DNA of 52,779 bases from Octopus sinensis (taxonomy: Eukaryota): contig NW_021833948.1 of NCBI RefSeq assembly GCF_006345805.1, positions 1 through 52,779 of the forward strand, written 5' to 3'. Position 1 is the stretch's first letter, and each line of letters opens with the position of its first letter. A program made the translations under genes and the position numbers. Below are positions 49,025 to 52,779 of this stretch, piece by piece. The notes under the pieces were generated by a model. The model did no database searches. It was given only the letters and a program-made list of their open reading frames with translations, and was not told the origin of the DNA.

Positions 49025-49187
49025 CAGTGGGGTAGGTGGTATGGGCGCCGCTTGGAGCAGCCCCTCATTTTGTTGCCTCCGCCTGGTATACAAACTTATA
49101 CAACAGGCACAAAAGTGCTGCCCCTATAAAATCTTCGCTCGGGACGGACGACTCTTACTGCTTCTTCTTCCCCTAGCTACGCTACTG
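49025..49187. mobile_element. Short MITE-like element
   Basis: Imperfect TIRs CAGTGGGGTAGGT / AGCTACGCTACTG. Confidence 0.4.
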
Positions 49188-49610
49188 TCTGTCTGTCCCA
49201 GCATCCCTATATCTCTCTCTTTCTGTCTCTCTCTCTTACTCACTCTTTTTCTCTCTCTCTTTCTTTCTCAATCTCTTTCTCTCTCACACACACACACGCA
49301 CTCATACATACGAATTCTAGATGCTCACCTGAGTCAAGTTGTAGGGAGAGGCCTGCTGGATCGTTGCGTTATTTCCTGCAGAAGACTGGTTTGAAACCTG
49401 GACAACTGAAGAAACCAGCACATGGCGGCTGGAGTTGAAAAGAGACAACAGTTGAAACCCCCCAACAAGCGAATACAAATTTAGTCGTCGCTGCCCCACT
49501 CAAGTAAAGCGTACAGCCTAAGGGGCGAAATGCTTGTCACCCTGAGATACCTGCTGATGATAGGGAAAGGTTTCCAACGTTGCGATGGATTCAGAAGAAG
49601 AGCTTGCAAT

Positions 49611-49844
49611 ACCTATTTCTTTACTACCCACAAGGGGCTAAACACAGAGGGGACAAACAAGGACAGACAAACGGATTAAGTCGATTATATCGACCCCAGT
49701 GCGTAACTGGTACTTATTTAATCGACCCCGAAAGGATGAAAAGCAAAGTCGACCTCGGTGGAATTTGAACTCAGAACGTAGTGGCAGACGAAATACTGCT
49801 AAGCATTTCGCCCGGCGTGCTAACGTTTCTGCCAGCTTACCGCC
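49611..49844 (-). mobile_element. SINE A1 monomer
   Basis: TSD AAGAGCTTGCAAT at 49598-49610 and 49845-49857. Confidence 0.92.
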
Positions 49845-50082
49845 AAGAGCTTGCAATGCCTGTGAGTAGCACCTGCGGTTTCTGCAGAGGGGAAAAGTAT
49901 CATCAGTAATTATTTCATGCACGCACACACACACACACAACACACCACACACACACACACACACACACACCACACACACGTGCGCGCTTGTGTGAGTGTG
50001 TGGAACGTCACACTCCAGGTCATTAGCTCTAGGCGAACCAAGTTAGGAATCCAGGGTGAAGCTATTTCCCTTGCATCACTGA

Positions 50083-51500
50083 TATACTCTTTACTCTTTT
50101 ACTTGTTTCAGTCATTTGACTGCGGCCATGCTGGAGCACCGCCTTTAGTCGAGCAAATAGACCCCGGGACTTATTCTTTGTAAGCCCAGTACTTATTCTA
50201 TCGGTCTCTTTTGCCGAACCGCTAAGTGACGGGGACGTAAACACACCAGCATCGGTTGTCAAGCAATGCTAGAGGGACAAACACAGACACACAAACATAT
50301 ACATACACATACATACATATATATACATATATACGACAGGCTTCTTTCAGTTTCCGTCTACCAAATCCACTCACAAGGCATTGGTCGGCCCGAGGCTATA
50401 GCTGAAGACACTTGCCCAAGATGCCACGCAGTGGGACTGAACCCAGAACCAAGTGGTTGGTAGGCAAGCTACCTACCACACAGCCACTCCTGCGCCTATC
50501 GTTACAAAAAGCATAAAGATCTCCTTTATTTCCCCTTATGTTGGTGAACACCACTGATGACGGGAGGTCAAACTAGTACGCGCCATAAATAAATACTCAA
50601 CACTTTGTACTTATAACGCCTCCACCACGAGATATCTATAATCTGTGTTTGCATGTGTGTGCCTGTGTGCGGTGCGTATATGTGTGTCTATGCGTGCGTG
50701 TGTGAGTGCGCGCGCGCATATACCAGACGCGGTACCCGGTGTTGTCAGGGCACCTAACATGTTGAAACAGTTCCTCTTTCTACAAGTTCATTTAGTTCAT
50801 ATCACATTTTTACAGTTACTCTCTCTCTTTTACTCTTTTACTTGTTTCAGTCATTTGACTGCGGCCATGCTGGAGCACCGCCTTTAATCGAGCAACTCGA
50901 CCCCGGGACTTATTCTTTTGTAAGCCCAGTACTTATTCTATCGGTCTCTTTTGCCGAACCGCTAAGTAACGGGGACGTAAACACACCAGCATCGGTTGTC
51001 AAGCAATGCTAGGGGGACAAACACAGACACACAAACACACACGCATATATATATATATATACATATATATGATGGGTTTCTTTCAGTTTCCGTCTACCAA
51101 ATCCACTCACAAGGCTTTGGTCGGCCCGAGGCTATAGTAGAAAACACTTGCCCAAGATGCCACGCAGTGGGACTGAACCCGGAACCATGTGGTTGGTAGG
51201 TAAGCTACCTACCACACAGCCACTCCTGCGCCTATCGTTACAAAAAGCATAAAGATCTCATTTATTTCTCCTTATGTTGGTGAGTACCACTGATGACGAG
51301 AGGTCAACTAGTGCGCGCCATAAATAAATACTCAACACTTTGTACTTATGCGTGTGCGTATATGTGTGTATATGCGTGCGTGTGTGAGTGCGCGCGCGCA
51401 TATACCAGACGCGGTACCCGGTGTTGTCCGGGCACTTAACATGTTGAAACAGTTCCTCTTTAAACCAGTTCATTTAGTTCATATCACATTTTTACAGTTC
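50083..51500. repeat. Tandem segmental duplication (~735 and ~680 bp); each unit is SINE B (minus) plus unique flank
   Basis: SINE B at 50083-50496 and 50822-51232, each followed by the same ATCGTTACAAAAAGCATAAAG..CATATCACATTTTTACAGTT flank. Confidence 0.9.
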
Positions 51501-51714
51501 CTTTTGTATGTAATTACATTTACATATATTTTACGTTATAATGCTTCTATTTTACTACCATTTTTACGTCCCTTTTCTAGAACCCTCTCCTTTTTTTACT
51601 CCGAAGGAAATTCGGATCAGGGTCGCTTTTCGTGTATTATTCTTGAATGATTTGGGAAAGAAAATTGGCGAGAAATCGTGACGCTAATATATATCATATA
51701 CGTGTGTGTGTGTG

Positions 51715-51758
<44 letters not shown>

Positions 51759-51919
51759 GCAAGGGGTTTTGAAGAATTTTCGTGCGTAAAGAATTTAGTA
51801 GCGAAGAAAAAGCAGAAAAAGCAGCCGAAAAAGAAAGGCAATTTATTCTATATAATTCGGTGCTTCATTGTTATAAGTACAAATCCTATTTGAGCTGACT
51901 TTGCGTTTTATATATATAT

Positions 51920-52060
51920 ATATTCCGACGAAGAGCTCCGCTCGAAACGTTAAACCCTCCTTCCCTTCTTTTTTGAGCGTCAATAATACTTTAATTGTTC
52001 CATGTCCTGCGTTGCTGTTGTTGTTTTTTTTTCTTTTTTCTTGTTCTGTTTGGATTATAT
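51920..52060 (+). mobile_element. Hammerhead-like repeat related to family H
   Basis: CCGACGA-A-GAGC TCC GCTC-GAAACGTT then ..GAGCGTCAATAATAC; stem I not well formed; flanked by (TA)n. Confidence 0.5.
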
Positions 52061-52089
52061 AATATATATATATCTATTATATATATATA

Positions 52090-52280
52090 TATAGGGAAAG
52101 TTTACGAAAAAACAAAAGACGAAGACAGGTGTGTACAAAACAAACAGATGTATTAGGATAACGCTCAGGAATAGAAAAAGTCTTTTACGTTTCGAGGCCT
52201 ACGCTCTTCTACAGAAGGGACACAGAAAAAAACAAGGAGAGAAATAAATGTGTGTAGTGGCTACGATCTGTCATGGCTGG
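52090..52280 (-). mobile_element. Hammerhead-like family H copy
   Basis: 52218-52182 reads CTGTAGAAGAGCGTAGGCCTCGAAACGTAAAAG; flanked by (TA)n. Confidence 0.7.
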
Positions 52281-52292
52281 ACTGACTAACTA

Positions 52293-52332
<40 letters not shown>

Positions 52333-52507
52333 AGAGAGAGAGAGTCTACTGTCTCGGTATAAGCTGGATCAACATAAAAGTACTCCATCCAGTGAGAAAT
52401 AAATTTCATTTAATATATACACTTTATAAAGGAGCTGCTAACAGTTTCATGTTGCTGAGGTAAAATAATTTGGTATAATTTGTACATCTCTCTCCCTCTC
52501 TCTCTCA

Positions 52508-52565
<58 letters not shown>

Positions 52566-52779
52566 CAATATTTAATTCGGTACGTTCTCGTTATTATTTC
52601 AAATTCTCCCTGGATTTGACGATTTGTTTTTACATCTTGACCGTTGAAAAATTCAGTACCAATAATAACTGTAATTATGTATATATGTACGTACGTACGT
52701 ATGTATGTATGTATGTAGTATGTATGATGTAGTATGTATGTATGTATGTATGTATGCATGCATGCATGCATGCATGCAT

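Noticed and set aside
49550-49590. CTGATGA..GGAA/TTCC..AACGT hammerhead-like string
   Set aside because: G12 is missing and stem I does not pair; too degenerate to count.
50550-50590. CTGATGACGGGAGGTCAAACTAGTA (and its duplicate near 51290)
   Set aside because: Lacks G12 and a pairing stem I; may be a relic but cannot be supported.

Overview
AT-rich eukaryotic, repeat-saturated DNA, most likely from an octopus (inferred from its tRNA-derived SINE families, R4/Dong LINE relics and extreme microsatellite load). No host protein-coding gene can be called with confidence: nearly all long ORFs in the track are microsatellite or SINE translations, and only a speculative minus-strand exon chain (7.2-16.1 kb) is offered. 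The window holds four tRNA-head SINE families (A-D, labels mine; more than 40 copies or fragments, several with clean target-site duplications), 3'-end relics of R4/Dong-type and RTE-type LINEs, mariner/Tc1 deletion derivatives and MITEs, and Helentron-like non-autonomous elements. Two things stand out. (1) About ten minimal type I hammerhead-ribozyme(-like) motifs from about five unrelated sequence families, mostly beside (TA)n tracts and often in fold-back or inverted-arm structures; they look like Penelope-like terminal repeats or retrozyme-like elements, and one family has a shared non-canonical core. (2) SINE A forms head+(184 bp)n concatemers of up to 8 units inside one TSD, and its tail junction GGTAT recurs at several genomic insertion sites. 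Coordinates of degraded repeats are approximate (about +/-20 bp).
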